A DNA stretch of 64,000 nucleotides, taken from the NCBI GenBank assembly GCA_965207225.1, contig CBDBLV010000005.1, positions 384,001-448,000 of the forward strand. The letters are read 5' to 3'. A program made the translations under genes and the position numbers. Below are positions 21,537 through 31,860 of the stretch, piece after piece. Below the pieces are notes generated by a model. The model saw nothing but the letters and a program-made list of their open reading frames with translations. It was not told the DNA's origin and ran no database searches. Source of the stretch: Dehalococcoidia bacterium. Lineage in GTDB: Bacteria > Chloroflexota > Dehalococcoidia > Plut-88900. Each line of letters starts with the position of its first letter. Within the stretch, counting starts at the first letter, position 1.

Positions 21537-21995
21537 TTAAAAGCGGCACCCTGCGTCTTTTAACACCTGGCGATCGGGCTCTGGTAGAGCGCCAATTGCC
21601 GCGACAACTACCACCCGCTTCTCCTTAACGTCAGTGTCCGCCATAAACAATGCCTCATCAACCTTCAAGGCGCGGTCTTGTTCCTCAGCAAATGTCAGCA
21701 GGGTCTCGTAATAGTCCACTGCGGCATCACGAAACTCTCGCATGCCTTGCGGTGGATCATAGCGCAGCAGTTGAATTGCCCACGTTAGATCGCCGGCTAA
21801 GTTGGGCCAACCTAGAGCAGAGTATTCCGGCCTTTCAGGGCCGCAGACATCATCGGCAAACCACATCATCTCTTCCTCGCGACTCATGGGTTCTACCCAA
21901 TCGGGGGTTGGCTCAGGGCTGCTGCACGCTGCAAGGGTAATTGGTAATGCCAAGACGCCCAGCGATAAGAATGTTAAACGAGTCACTTGCGTCAT
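21537..21995 (-). CDS. Putative lipoprotein
   Basis: From ATG 21995: MTQVTRLTFLSLGVLALPITLAAC lipobox, then an acidic helical domain. Confidence 0.7.
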   Translation of the reverse strand: MTQVTRLTFLSLGVLALPITLAACSSPEPTPDWVEPMSREEEMMWFADDVCGPERPEYSALGWPNLAGDLTWAIQLLRYDPPQGMREFRDAAVDYYETLLTFAEEQDRALKVDEALFMADTDVKEKRVVVVAAIGALPEPDRQVLKDAGCRF

Positions 21996-22002
21996 TTCCG
22001 CC

Positions 22003-22041
22003 GGCCCGGGGGCTGCTCCCATGTGGAGCAGCCCCCGGGCC
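22003..22041. repeat. 17-bp perfect intergenic hairpin
   Basis: ggcccgggggctgctcc (22003-22019) pairs with ggagcagcccccgggcc (22025-22041), between two co-oriented genes. Confidence 0.75.
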
Positions 22042-22048
22042 ACTATTC

Positions 22049-22729
22049 CTACCATGTTATCCAGTACACCGTGTAGGTGTCGCCGAATATCTGCCACAGG
22101 TCGGCCCCATCGCCGTTTCGGAAGCGATGGTCTCCCCAGACGCCGTATTTGTGTCCTGGTACGGCGCCACGAGCTCGGCTGATAACCCTAGCGGGGGTCA
22201 CACCGCACGGCTCGATTTCGTCCGTTGCCGTCCAGAAGATTCTGTCTGAGTCAGGCCATACGCGCTTCGACCGGCCCTTGACCCAACAGTTGTCTATCTG
22301 GCCGCCGTATGTGACCCTTGTGCCTGTCACAGGCTGGATCCAATTGTAGCATTCTTCGGTTCTCCCGGCGTAAAAACCGGCATACCCCTCGGCGGTGCCA
22401 CCGCCCTGTTCCGAGGGAATAGCCTTCGTCCAGTACGTTAGCGTTAGCTCCTGCTGCTCCAAGCAGTCGCCGCCACTGTCCGCAGCGGTGTCGCCGTCAT
22501 CTGGAGTCGTGTGTTGCGGCGTCTTCCATCCGGCCTCGTATTCAGCCAGAGTAGGAATTGGCGGCAGAGGAGGCGGCACGAAATCGGATGGCAGTTCGAT
22601 GAACCCGTCGGCATCGACAGGCGGGGCGGTTTCGGGCTCTTCTGCATGCGCGGGCATGGCAAATAGGACCGCCAAGAGCGTGACGACCGCTAATACAGTG
22701 ACCAGTGCTGCAAATTTCTTGAGCTTCAT
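22049..22729 (-). CDS. Secreted hypothetical protein
   Basis: Signal peptide MKLKKFAALV...PAHA|E; GGAGG RBS; Pro/Asp-rich linker then a Cys-containing domain. Confidence 0.8.
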   Translation of the reverse strand: MKLKKFAALVTVLAVVTLLAVLFAMPAHAEEPETAPPVDADGFIELPSDFVPPPLPPIPTLAEYEAGWKTPQHTTPDDGDTAADSGGDCLEQQELTLTYWTKAIPSEQGGGTAEGYAGFYAGRTEECYNWIQPVTGTRVTYGGQIDNCWVKGRSKRVWPDSDRIFWTATDEIEPCGVTPARVISRARGAVPGHKYGVWGDHRFRNGDGADLWQIFGDTYTVYWITW

Positions 22730-23100
22730 AATGAACCTCCCAAAGTATCGGGTGTTAAGGGACGTTTAAGACTTGGGAGCATTTCCGCCTCCTTTCATAA
22801 CGTTACCCGGCCAAGAGGACATCGACCATTGTCCGACTGCGCGGTTAGGCCAAGGTGGGGTACAAAGGGAAAGGGAAAAGGGGTGGTCGTGGTTGTCCGT
22901 TATGGACAGGTGCATGCGACGGGCGTTACCACAATGACCGGGCGGGGGAATGCCGTCTTGTTCATTTCGGACCTCCTTATCATGTCGGGTCGGAGTCCTA
23001 TGATCCTTCGGGGCGTCGGTCAGGGGAGTGGTGGCCCTGTATCAACTTAAACACTTAGCACGTTGTCGGTTTCGCCGAGTGCCAACATCGTAGGAGAGGC

Positions 23101-23190
23101 TTGTGAAATAGCCGTGAAAAGCAACCCTATTTCCGTGAAAGAATCCGCAAAAAATTTGGGTAGGTTCCGTGAATGCTTTTCACGGAACTT
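23101..23190. promoter_or_regulatory. GTGAAA direct-repeat array, copy 1 (putative OmpR-type operator)
   Basis: GTGAAA at 23103, 23114 and 23135; 10-bp inverted repeat gttccgtgaa/ttcacggaac 23164-23188; paralogous to 26961-27045. Confidence 0.65.
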
Positions 23191-23230
23191 CCCGGATAGG
23201 TGTCATCGAATCGTAACAAGGCGGATATCT

Positions 23231-23374
23231 ATGACGAGGGAAACGGCAGCCCAAGAGGTCGAAAGGCAGCGGGACCGCCCCGCCACCTTCAGCGAGGTCG
23301 GCCGTCGCATCACCGAGAGTTGGGACTTCGATACCGGGCTTCAGGAAGTCGTGGAGGGGGTCCGTTCAGCCTAG
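23231..23374 (+). pseudogene. Truncated 5' fragment of a paralog of the hybrid kinase 27090..29480
   Basis: EVERQRDRPATFSEVGRRITESWDFDTGLQEVVEGVRS* aligns with EIERQRARLAILSRVSRRITESWDLDTVLQEVVDGARS. Confidence 0.85.
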
Positions 23375-23720
23375 TGTGACGTCGGTCCTAACGGAGAACC
23401 TCTGCGAAGGCTGCTTCGAGGCGGGCGCCGCGGGAGATAGGAGAATTGTGGGCGGCACAGTGGCCCAAGACGTGGTTTTGCAAGGCGCGGGCCGCTCGAA
23501 CTTCGTGATGTGTAAGTTGCACGCAGGCGCGTGCGACAACCTCATTCAGCACCATACCCAAATTCCGGGTAATGTCTCAGTTTTAGGGTTAGGAGATTGA
23601 AAGGTGTGCCGCGTACCCATAAAGGTCACTAGAGGCGGTGCCTCTTGGATTCACGGGAGTTTGGGACGCTCGCTTCAGCAACGTTCCAAAGTTGCCGCTC
23701 CCTTTCTCTGACACCAATTT

Positions 23721-23751
23721 AGGCCCTGGGGGTTACGCGACCCCAGGGCCT
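23721..23751. terminator. GC-rich hairpin, possible terminator
   Basis: aggccctgggg pairs with ccccagggcct (11-bp stem), ~60 nt past the stop of 23810..24496; no clear U-tract. Confidence 0.45.
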
Positions 23752-23809
23752 CTTCAAATTTCTCTATAGTGACGTTCACGTTCTCGCGTTCCGACACTCT
23801 CCGAAGCCG

Positions 23810-24496
23810 CTAGTCAGTGTTGCCCGTCGGCCCCACTTCACCCGACTCGGGCTCGATAGCTCGCCTGATCTCGGACATTGCAAACGTCATCTCCCCAAAC
23901 ATGTCTTCTCTCGTGCCCCTTGGTTTGAGAATAACGGAGTCGTCTACCCTCCCTGTCGGCCCTACCTCACCGATGCCTCCCACAACATCGAACACCCCAT
24001 TATCCATGCTGACTCTAACGTAGTAATCGTCCACCGCGGTTATGCCCGGTGCATCCGCATCGTTGAGAAACAATAGGACCTGGTGCCCATTCAGCAAGGT
24101 TGTACTGTCCTCATCTATATCTACCCTATCCACATCTAGAGCTCCCACTACTATGGTTTTCACATCTTGGCCAAGCTCACCGCGTAGCACCTCGGTCACC
24201 GTTATTTCATAGAACACCACCGGAATGCCCCAGACTGCTCCCTCCGGAGGGTTTTCTTCTCCGTAATCGACGTCTCGGGCCACGACCTCTCCCATTGTTC
24301 CGACAATAACCAGATCAGACACGCTTGACAGCCCTTCTAGAGAGGAGTAGACCGGCATGTCTGCCTCCATAGCGATTCTGGGGCTCTCGACATCTCCCCG
24401 TGAAACGAACCAGATGGAAATAACCAGCAACGATGCTAGCATCGCCGCCATCACCGGCAGCAAAGTTCGGTTCTTCTGGTTGCCAAGCGCATTCAA
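23810..24496 (-). CDS. Membrane-anchored exported protein (possible TIMP/NTR-like OB fold)
   Basis: N-terminal TM helix; SDLVIVG...YEITVTEVLRG pattern; GEVGPTG occurs twice; GGAG RBS. Confidence 0.7.
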   Translation of the reverse strand: MNALGNQKNRTLLPVMAAMLASLLVISIWFVSRGDVESPRIAMEADMPVYSSLEGLSSVSDLVIVGTMGEVVARDVDYGEENPPEGAVWGIPVVFYEITVTEVLRGELGQDVKTIVVGALDVDRVDIDEDSTTLLNGHQVLLFLNDADAPGITAVDDYYVRVSMDNGVFDVVGGIGEVGPTGRVDDSVILKPRGTREDMFGEMTFAMSEIRRAIEPESGEVGPTGNTD

Positions 24497-24610
24497 CAGG
24501 ACTATTTCTCCCTGGCTTGCTAGCCTAATGGTTGCGACGCTGCTTTAACCCAATCCCATTCAATAGGCCGACATCCATTCAACTACCCCGACGTGTTCAT
24601 AAAATTGAGC

Positions 24611-25474
24611 TTATTCGTGCCCTTCATGATCTTCCCTCCCTGTCCCCTGCCCGAGAATGCGTATGCTCCTGAATACGGAGACAGCAGTTCGCTGCTGCTC
24701 CGGCGTCAGGTCTTCGGCCACAATGTGGAGGTGGGGACCACCCGACCTGTGGAAGAAGGCAGCGGTGTACCCGGCCCCGGGTTCCATGGAAATGAGCAAA
24801 CTCGCTCTGACGTCACCTATGTCTTCATAGCCCATGACGTAGGTGTACTCTGGATCATCGGAAGGAGACCGGCTCCAAGAACGCCCGCCGAAATCAAAGG
24901 CCAGCCGGACTCCCTCGCCGGCAATTTCGCCTTTGTAGTACTTGATGTAATCGATCTCCTTGAGCACATTCAGTTCCCACCCGGGAGGTAGGCGCAGAGA
25001 GAATCCCGTCTGGCTCGGCCCTTCTGGAACCTCCACGACCCTCCAGTCCGGCGAGGGTTGTGCGTCTGCAACAGTATGCGGGATCAGTCCTATGATGCTC
25101 ACTGATTTCCCAGTGAGCTTGTCAACGATGGCCCTGTCTCCCAGAGGATCTTGAAGATGGACCTCGACGCCTTCGATGCAGTCATCCTCGCTCTGCCGGA
25201 AATCCGAGTCAACTTTGACTTTAACCTGCACTTCGTCATCCGTCTCACGCAAAAGCGATACGACCGGGTTTCTGTGGCAGGAGTCGGCGACAGTGAGTTC
25301 GAGCCTCTGAGGAGAATATAACCCCGCTTCAACTACCCTTGCTTCCCTTTGAGCCACACTTGCTTCGTTGCGCGACGTACACCCGCCGAGCAAGAACAAA
25401 GATGCGAAGACCAACAGCCCAATTACTACGACTGCTCCAACAATGCGTTGTCTACGGCTGGACCGGTCAACCAT
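24611..25474 (-). CDS. Putative lipoprotein
   Basis: From ATG 25474: MVDRSSRRQRIVGAVVVIGLLVFASLFLLGGC lipobox. The ORF track extends to 25594. Confidence 0.65.
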   Translation of the reverse strand: MVDRSSRRQRIVGAVVVIGLLVFASLFLLGGCTSRNEASVAQREARVVEAGLYSPQRLELTVADSCHRNPVVSLLRETDDEVQVKVKVDSDFRQSEDDCIEGVEVHLQDPLGDRAIVDKLTGKSVSIIGLIPHTVADAQPSPDWRVVEVPEGPSQTGFSLRLPPGWELNVLKEIDYIKYYKGEIAGEGVRLAFDFGGRSWSRSPSDDPEYTYVMGYEDIGDVRASLLISMEPGAGYTAAFFHRSGGPHLHIVAEDLTPEQQRTAVSVFRSIRILGQGTGREDHEGHE

Positions 25475-25580
25475 AACGTCTCTTAAACTAGCTGGCTGTG
25501 CCTTGTTGTGGGCCAATGTTACGCGTGGCCCCGTGTGTGCCCCATTCAGTATGGCTTGCACAGGGCCACGCATCCCATGT

Positions 25581-26870
25581 TCAGTCGGACGCAACGTAAA
25601 CGCCCTTTAAGGCACTGGGCATGCGATCTGCCCGTGAGAAAACATCTCGCTTAATCGACGAGGTCGGGGGGTCATACACAAAGCCTTGATGAAGACCATA
25701 TGCCGAGTTGCCTAAGTACACAGGTCCGCCACTGTCACCATCCGCAGACAGACGCCCGGCCATTTGCACGAGATTGCACCTATGTCTGCTGCAGACGTTA
25801 AGCTTACGGACTCTTTGGCAGTCTCTGTGGCTCGTCAGACCGTTTCGGCAAAGCAACTGGCCCACTTCAGGAGATGCCACGAAAGATACATCTCTCAAGT
25901 TTACTTCGGTTGCGGAAGCACTGCCAGCATAGAAGTCGTCGGTGTGGGTCCCGGTTCCCGTATGCCACTGGAAGTCGCCGTATGTTCCCTCATACTCTAG
26001 CATCAAAGTCAGACTTATCCCGTCATCAGATAGATCGTCGGGACAATGTCCAGCAGTGGAAATGCCTCTCACACCTGTTGAGGTCTTCGTACCGAATCCC
26101 GATGTGCAATCAGGTCTACGACCTTCAATAAGGTCTTCACCACCACGATGTTCAGTTCTGCTATCGTTCCCTCCCAAATCTGAGCGTTCCGAGTGGGCCA
26201 CGGAGGTTGTAATGTTGTTGACAATGTCCGCCCTCGTTGCATCAGTGAGGTTCTTCACTGCGATGGCCTGGAGACCATCCAAAGTGGAGTTGGCAGATGT
26301 GCGTTCCAACACCACAATTGTGCTTATCTGGCCACTCGCGAAGTCGAAAGAAGTGTTGGCGTCGAGGACTTCTGTAGTATTGAGCACTGCATAGTGGGCC
26401 GCTTCGATCGCTCGTTGGAGCTCCGCTTCAGTGAATCCCTTGCCGGTGCGCACTTCCACTGCGACGCCACTGTGACTGCTCTTGAACGTGTTGATTATGG
26501 CAAGCGCCGACCTCGGGGCGCTGCCTGCGAAAGCGACCCATGCGTTATCGGCGTCTACAATCTCCGCTCCCGTGAAAGATTCAGGATGCGCTTCTCGAAT
26601 TTTCGAGACCGCCAAGGCGAAGTTGTCGTTCCATGCATAACGATCAATAACGGTCTGGAGAGACAAGCCAGATTGGTTGGCGAAGAACTGCAAGTCCTCT
26701 AACTCAGCGGCGCTAATAGTATCGTTGATTCCCGCTGGCGCCACATCCGGCAAATTAGAGGTCCTGTTTCCAGACACCTGAGCGTGCGCTACGCCCACGC
26801 TCGCAGTCACTAGGGCGATGATCATTAACAAAGCCACGAACATTACTTTTATGTCGGTTCTGTCCCTCAT
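25581..26870 (-). CDS. Secreted S1 (chymotrypsin/streptogrisin-like) serine protease with propeptide
   Basis: Signal peptide ...AHA|Q; CTSGF, TAGHC, GDF and GDSGGP catalytic motifs. Confidence 0.9.
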   Translation of the reverse strand: MRDRTDIKVMFVALLMIIALVTASVGVAHAQVSGNRTSNLPDVAPAGINDTISAAELEDLQFFANQSGLSLQTVIDRYAWNDNFALAVSKIREAHPESFTGAEIVDADNAWVAFAGSAPRSALAIINTFKSSHSGVAVEVRTGKGFTEAELQRAIEAAHYAVLNTTEVLDANTSFDFASGQISTIVVLERTSANSTLDGLQAIAVKNLTDATRADIVNNITTSVAHSERSDLGGNDSRTEHRGGEDLIEGRRPDCTSGFGTKTSTGVRGISTAGHCPDDLSDDGISLTLMLEYEGTYGDFQWHTGTGTHTDDFYAGSASATEVNLRDVSFVASPEVGQLLCRNGLTSHRDCQRVRKLNVCSRHRCNLVQMAGRLSADGDSGGPVYLGNSAYGLHQGFVYDPPTSSIKRDVFSRADRMPSALKGVYVASD

Positions 26871-26960
26871 GATGCCTTCTCCTCTTTATCATTCCGTAGC
26901 CTTTACGCCACCCAATAGAGTCCTCCCTTCAACTGTGATGCTCGCTATGATGAACCTCCC

Positions 26961-27045
26961 GTGTGAAATATCAGTGAAAATCAACCCAATTGCCGTGAAA
27001 GCATGCGTGAAAATTTGAGATGTTTCCATGAAAACCCTTCACAGA
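26961..27045. promoter_or_regulatory. GTGAAA direct-repeat array, copy 2, in the divergent protease/kinase promoter
   Basis: GTGAAA at 26963, 26974, 26995 and 27007, ATGAAA at 27028 (spacings 11, 21, 12, 21), then an inverted TTCAC. Confidence 0.7.
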
Positions 27046-27089
27046 ACGGCCTCTTAACGTATGATAGAGTCGAAACGAGGCGGTCATCT

Positions 27090-29480
27090 ATGAGAGACAA
27101 TTCGGAAGCACGAGAGATCGAAAGGCAGCGGGCGCGCCTTGCCATCCTGAGCCGCGTCAGCCGCCGCATCACTGAGAGCTGGGACCTGGACACGGTACTT
27201 CAGGAGGTGGTTGACGGGGCCCGTTCGCTGACCGACGCCCGCTATGGTGCAGTCGGCGTCTTCGATGAGGACGGGCGTGTTCGCCAGTTCATCACTTCGG
27301 GCATTACCCAAGAACAGCGCCGCCTGCTGGGCAGTCTGCCCAAGGGCCTGGGAATCCTCGGCTACCTGAACGAGATACAGGAGCCATTGCGGCTTGCGGA
27401 CCTCTCCGAACATTGCCGATCCGTTGGCTTCCCGGAGAACCACCCACCCATGAAGACTTTCCTGGGCGCCCCCATCCGGCGCCTGGGCAAGCCTGTCGGC
27501 AACATATACCTCACGGAGAAGGAGGGCGGGGAGTTCTCGGGAGAAGACGAAGAAACACTGGTTATGTTTGCGTCCCAGGCTGCCATCGCCATCAGCAACG
27601 CAATACGCCATGAGGATGAGCGGCAATCAAGGAACGCCTTGGAGACGGAGAGGCGTCGGCTGGTGGCCCTGGTGGAGTCCTCGCCGGTAGGCGTGATGGT
27701 GGTCGACGCGGCGACCAGGACTTTCGCCTCGGTCAACCAGGAGGCGGAGCGGATCCTCGGCATGTCGCCCGAGCCGGGATCAACGCTTGTAGACTATCAT
27801 CAGGTGGCGATCTATCGGAGGACGGATGGGAAGAGGTATGAGGATCACGACCGACCTCTGGCGAGGGCGCTGGACCGCGGTGAGGCCGTGCGAGCTGAGG
27901 AGATACTCGTAGATCTCCCGGGCGGACGAAAGGTGACCACCTTGGTGAATGCAACCCCCATCTATTCTGACGACGGGGAAATCGTCTCAGCTATCGCCGT
28001 TGTCCAGGATATGACGCCATTGGAGGAGATGGAACGCCTGCGCAACGAGTTCCTAGCCATGGTAAGCCATGAACTGAGGACTCCCCTGACCACCATCAAG
28101 GGGTGCACGGGTGTAGTGTTGGGCAGCACTGAGCCGATGGACATCTCCGAATTGCTCCAGTACTTCCGGATGATTGATGAGCAGTCCGACCACCTGCGCG
28201 GACTAGTCAACAACTTGCTAGATATGACCCGAATAGAGGCTGGGGCCTTGTCGGTAACTCCCAAACCTGCTGAGGTGGCGTCCCTGGTTAGCGAGGCAAA
28301 GACCGCGTTTTTGCGTAGGGGAGCGCGTCACACGGTAGACGTGGACCTCGACTCCGACCTGCCCATGATCTCAGCGGATGGGCGTCGCATCACCCAAGTC
28401 TTGGACAACCTGCTGTCCAATGCATCGAAATATTCGCCGGAGTTCTCCAGGATCAGGATAACCGGATCAAGAGAGGGGTTTTTCGTAGTCATCTCCGTAA
28501 CGGATGAGGGAAGAGGAATACCTCCTGAACAATTGGCCAGGCTGTTCAAAAAGTTCTCTCGTCTGGACGACAGGGAAACGAAGAAGAAGGTTGCAGGGGA
28601 GGGGCTGGGACTGGCGATCTGCAGAGGCATAGTCGAAGCGCATGGTGGTCGCATCTGGGCCGAAAGCGAAGGAGAGGGCAGCGGCACTCGGATATCCTTT
28701 GCGATTCCTGAAGCCGTCGAAACTTCCCTGGAGGCGGGCACTCCTGCGTTGGTATCGGCACAGGGCGAGCAAAAGAGAATCCTGGCCGTAGACGACGAAC
28801 CTCAGGTGCTCTGGCTCCTACGGAACATTCTATCCAAACAAGGATATAAATTTCTTGGTGCAGCCAACGCCGACGAGATGAAGCACCTGCTGGACACTGA
28901 GCAACCCCATCTTGTCCTGCTCGACCTGATGTTGCCCGGTACCAGTGGGTTCGAGCTGATGGAACGAATTCGCGAGGTTTCGAAAGCTCCAATCATCTTC
29001 CTGTCCGCCAACGACCAGGAGGAGAACGTGGTGAAGGCCCTTGAGATGGGAGCCGATGACTACATGATCAAGCCGTTCTCCTCCACCGAACTGTTGGCCA
29101 GAATCGAATCATCCCTTCGGAAGCAAAGACCGGTCGATACGCCTGTTCCCATTCCGTTCTATCACGTGGATGACTTGCGCATAGACTACGCGCAACGGAG
29201 CGTCTCCCTATCCGGAAATCCCGTGCATCTGTCCGCGACGGAATACAAACTTCTTTCCGAACTCTCGACTAACGCTGGTCGCACCCTCACACAATACCAA
29301 ATACTGCAGCGGGTCTGGGGAAAGACATACTCGACTGAAAGTGAGTTGCTTCGCGCAACAGTCAAAAACCTGCGCCGCAAGCTCGGGGACGATGCTAACA
29401 ATCCAAAGTACATTTTCACCGAGCCCCGCGTTGGCTATCGGATGCCGAGTTCTGTGAAGCAAAAGGAGGGCCAAAAATGA
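27090..29480 (+). CDS. Hybrid sensor kinase/response regulator: GAF-PAS-HisKA-HATPase-REC-OmpR wHTH
   Basis: GAF (GFPENHPPMKTFLGAPI); PAS; SHELRTPL H-box; NLLSNASKY, DEGRGI and GLGLAI boxes; REC (VDDE, LLDLMLP, KPF); wHTH (LRRKLGDDANNPKYIFTEPRVGYR). Confidence 0.92.
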   Translation: MRDNSEAREIERQRARLAILSRVSRRITESWDLDTVLQEVVDGARSLTDARYGAVGVFDEDGRVRQFITSGITQEQRRLLGSLPKGLGILGYLNEIQEPLRLADLSEHCRSVGFPENHPPMKTFLGAPIRRLGKPVGNIYLTEKEGGEFSGEDEETLVMFASQAAIAISNAIRHEDERQSRNALETERRRLVALVESSPVGVMVVDAATRTFASVNQEAERILGMSPEPGSTLVDYHQVAIYRRTDGKRYEDHDRPLARALDRGEAVRAEEILVDLPGGRKVTTLVNATPIYSDDGEIVSAIAVVQDMTPLEEMERLRNEFLAMVSHELRTPLTTIKGCTGVVLGSTEPMDISELLQYFRMIDEQSDHLRGLVNNLLDMTRIEAGALSVTPKPAEVASLVSEAKTAFLRRGARHTVDVDLDSDLPMISADGRRITQVLDNLLSNASKYSPEFSRIRITGSREGFFVVISVTDEGRGIPPEQLARLFKKFSRLDDRETKKKVAGEGLGLAICRGIVEAHGGRIWAESEGEGSGTRISFAIPEAVETSLEAGTPALVSAQGEQKRILAVDDEPQVLWLLRNILSKQGYKFLGAANADEMKHLLDTEQPHLVLLDLMLPGTSGFELMERIREVSKAPIIFLSANDQEENVVKALEMGADDYMIKPFSSTELLARIESSLRKQRPVDTPVPIPFYHVDDLRIDYAQRSVSLSGNPVHLSATEYKLLSELSTNAGRTLTQYQILQRVWGKTYSTESELLRATVKNLRRKLGDDANNPKYIFTEPRVGYRMPSSVKQKEGQK

Positions 29481-29559
29481 GGACGTTGACGGCAATTTCA
29501 GACAAGGAACGGTCCACTTGACCGAGGTTAAATCAATCGGAATCATACACCGATCATCG

Positions 29560-29855
29560 CAGCGCTAGCTAGATAGGTATCTCCCACCTAAAAGTTCGCA
29601 GTACAGTACGCGATGGCCCACCAGTTTACGCCTGAGACCGTCGGGGACTCGAACTTTTCTGGCCATCGAACAGGTGCGGGAAATCAAGCTGGGCCGTAGC
29701 GGAGTCCTGTAGCGTCAACACAACACTGGGAGGTCGGGGTGTCCTCCCCCTGCCGGGCAACGTATACACTCTTCATATGATGCCGGCTTGGAGGGATACC
29801 GAGGGTCGGGGCTTCATTGCTCTGGCTACGCCACCGATCGTTAGCCTTCCCTTCA
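29560..29855 (+). repeat. Dispersed non-coding repeat, copy B (candidate structured RNA)
   Basis: ctcccacctaaaagttcgcagtacagtacgcg...ctgagaccgtcggggactcgaacttttct; similarity to copy A continues to ttagcc(t/c)tccct. Confidence 0.8.
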
Positions 29856-29907
29856 CCCTCCCGGCTCTTCGCGCTGCGAGCCTTCCCGAAATGGGCTTAA
29901 GGCTATG

Positions 29908-30633
29908 CTAGGGCAGCCCTGACGCCAGGGAAACCTCTCCCACCACACGCAACCCCGTCCCGAATAACGATTCACAGCTCACCCTGACCGTCAGCCCCGA
30001 TATCCCAATGCTGTCCCAGCGTAGGCTTGTTTCAACCGTTACCGTACGCGTCCCGGGGGCCGGGTGTCGGCCAAAGTCCCTCGACACGTTCCCCTGGTCG
30101 TCATACAGCCCCACCAGGTATTCGAAATCGCAACTCATGGTGTCTGTCCATCCCACCGTTACCGTCGTGACCGTACCAAAGCTCTCGGTGCGGGGAGCGA
30201 GGGTGACAGTTGCCGCATTTGCCAGGTCCGGCGTAGGGGTGGCAGGAGGAGAAGCCTCGGAGATGCGAAGAATCAGCAGGTCCCCATCATTCCACGGCTG
30301 ACTAGCCACGCTCCACGTGTGAGTGCCCACTGCGGGGCCTTCCACGGCATTGGACCCTTCCAGCGACAGTCCGACAGTCCCGTCCAGCTCTATAAACTCA
30401 ACCCTCTGCCCCGACAAAGACGCATGGGGCGACAAGGTCAGCACGAATGAATCCACCTCCCACTTCAGCCCCGTGATTGACATGGAAGTCCCGCCCACGG
30501 TGAAAGAAACAGGCTTGATGACGCCATTGGACCCGTCAGCCCCCACCTCCGGCCCCACCGTCTCCGGGTCAAAGAACGCCTTGTGCAGGGTCCCGGGGGA
30601 TGAGGTGACAACTCGCCGCGAAGTACCTACCAC
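29908..30633 (-). CDS. Beta-rich surface-protein domains, probably a C-terminal remnant of a larger gene
   Basis: 241-aa Thr/Gly/Val-rich ORF with a PPATPTP linker; no signal peptide or clear RBS. Confidence 0.5.
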   Translation of the reverse strand: MVGTSRRVVTSSPGTLHKAFFDPETVGPEVGADGSNGVIKPVSFTVGGTSMSITGLKWEVDSFVLTLSPHASLSGQRVEFIELDGTVGLSLEGSNAVEGPAVGTHTWSVASQPWNDGDLLILRISEASPPATPTPDLANAATVTLAPRTESFGTVTTVTVGWTDTMSCDFEYLVGLYDDQGNVSRDFGRHPAPGTRTVTVETSLRWDSIGISGLTVRVSCESLFGTGLRVVGEVSLASGLP

Positions 30634-31128
30634 TGGGACAGAACGTGGGGTTTCTTTGCACCTTCGGGGTGGAGCTGCACAAGGACCGGGCGGAGGAGGC
30701 CGGGGCCCGACTCGAGCATGCCCTGGCCTCCACGCAGTTGGTGCTCACTGCCGAGACCGTCTTTTCCTGTCCGAACCTGTCTGAGTAGATCTCCGTCGCC
30801 GCAGGTACATGTTTACATCGTCGGGACTGAGACTTCGCTTAGCCGATGTGGCGCCTACGATACCCACCTAGGTCGTATCGTCCTCGGAGCTGGCCTATTG
30901 CCAGCTCCTTCCTAGTTTAGTCTCCATGCTGAGCGTTGATGGATTGCTGCCGGTCGGGGCTCCAGTGGTGGGGGAGTGACTTAACTTCTCAGAGTCGACG
31001 TTCGAAGCAAATGCTGATTCCCTCATGCGACCTATTCTCGTGTCTTCTGCCAAGAGAAAGAATAGACGCGAGACCCGAACACCGTGACGTCGGAGGTCAC
31101 AGTTATGGTCATAAACACCGTTGGCTGG

Positions 31129-31827
31129 TCAGCTGAATGGAGCATAAGGATAATTCAAAATGAAGACAATCCAGAAGAACCCAAGGACAACGCACCAGCC
31201 AAAAAGATACGCAAAAGGCTTGAGGTATTGATAGATGTGTTCGCTATAAAACTTATGGGTCCGTAAATGTTCCGCTGTCTCGGGCACCCCAATGGATATG
31301 CCATAAAGTTTCACGGATGACAGTTCATCCGGCGATCTGAATACACCAGTGGACATTCTGGCGTGATGTCTCCATAGTCGCACAGGGGTGATTACCAAGT
31401 GTACGGCGCTTACAATGCCTGCGAGGGAGCACCCAACAATGAGGAATAGGCCGGTATCTGGATTTCTGACGACGTACCATTCCCCCAACAAGGCCATCGT
31501 GCTGCCAATTGACAGGACTGAGAAAGACGTTACGGGTACAATCAGCCAAACTCCGAATAGAAACAGATAGCAGATACGCACGGTTGTTGATGAAGGAGTT
31601 CTGCCTGACATCCTCATTACCAGGTATATCCAGGGCAAGGCAAAAAGGACCGAGCATATGCAACCCAGCCTGCCGTATTCTACTTCTGATAGATCGTTAT
31701 CATTGGCAGCTGAACGGCACAGGACTCCTGCAATGGGAGCCCATAGAATACCGACAACCAATAGGAGGTAGGTAATGATCGAAACTGCCACATATACACC
31801 TGACAATACATCTACTAACGTGGCCAT
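31129..31827 (-). CDS. Polytopic membrane protein downstream of the Fn3-LRR-PLA2 giant (candidate immunity/partner)
   Basis: 232 aa with ~5 hydrophobic segments; starts 33 nt after the giant gene's stop. Confidence 0.7.
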   Translation of the reverse strand: MATLVDVLSGVYVAVSIITYLLLVVGILWAPIAGVLCRSAANDNDLSEVEYGRLGCICSVLFALPWIYLVMRMSGRTPSSTTVRICYLFLFGVWLIVPVTSFSVLSIGSTMALLGEWYVVRNPDTGLFLIVGCSLAGIVSAVHLVITPVRLWRHHARMSTGVFRSPDELSSVKLYGISIGVPETAEHLRTHKFYSEHIYQYLKPFAYLFGWCVVLGFFWIVFILNYPYAPFS

Positions 31828-31860
31828 CGTTGTGTGATGTTGGTTCCGACTTATATCACC

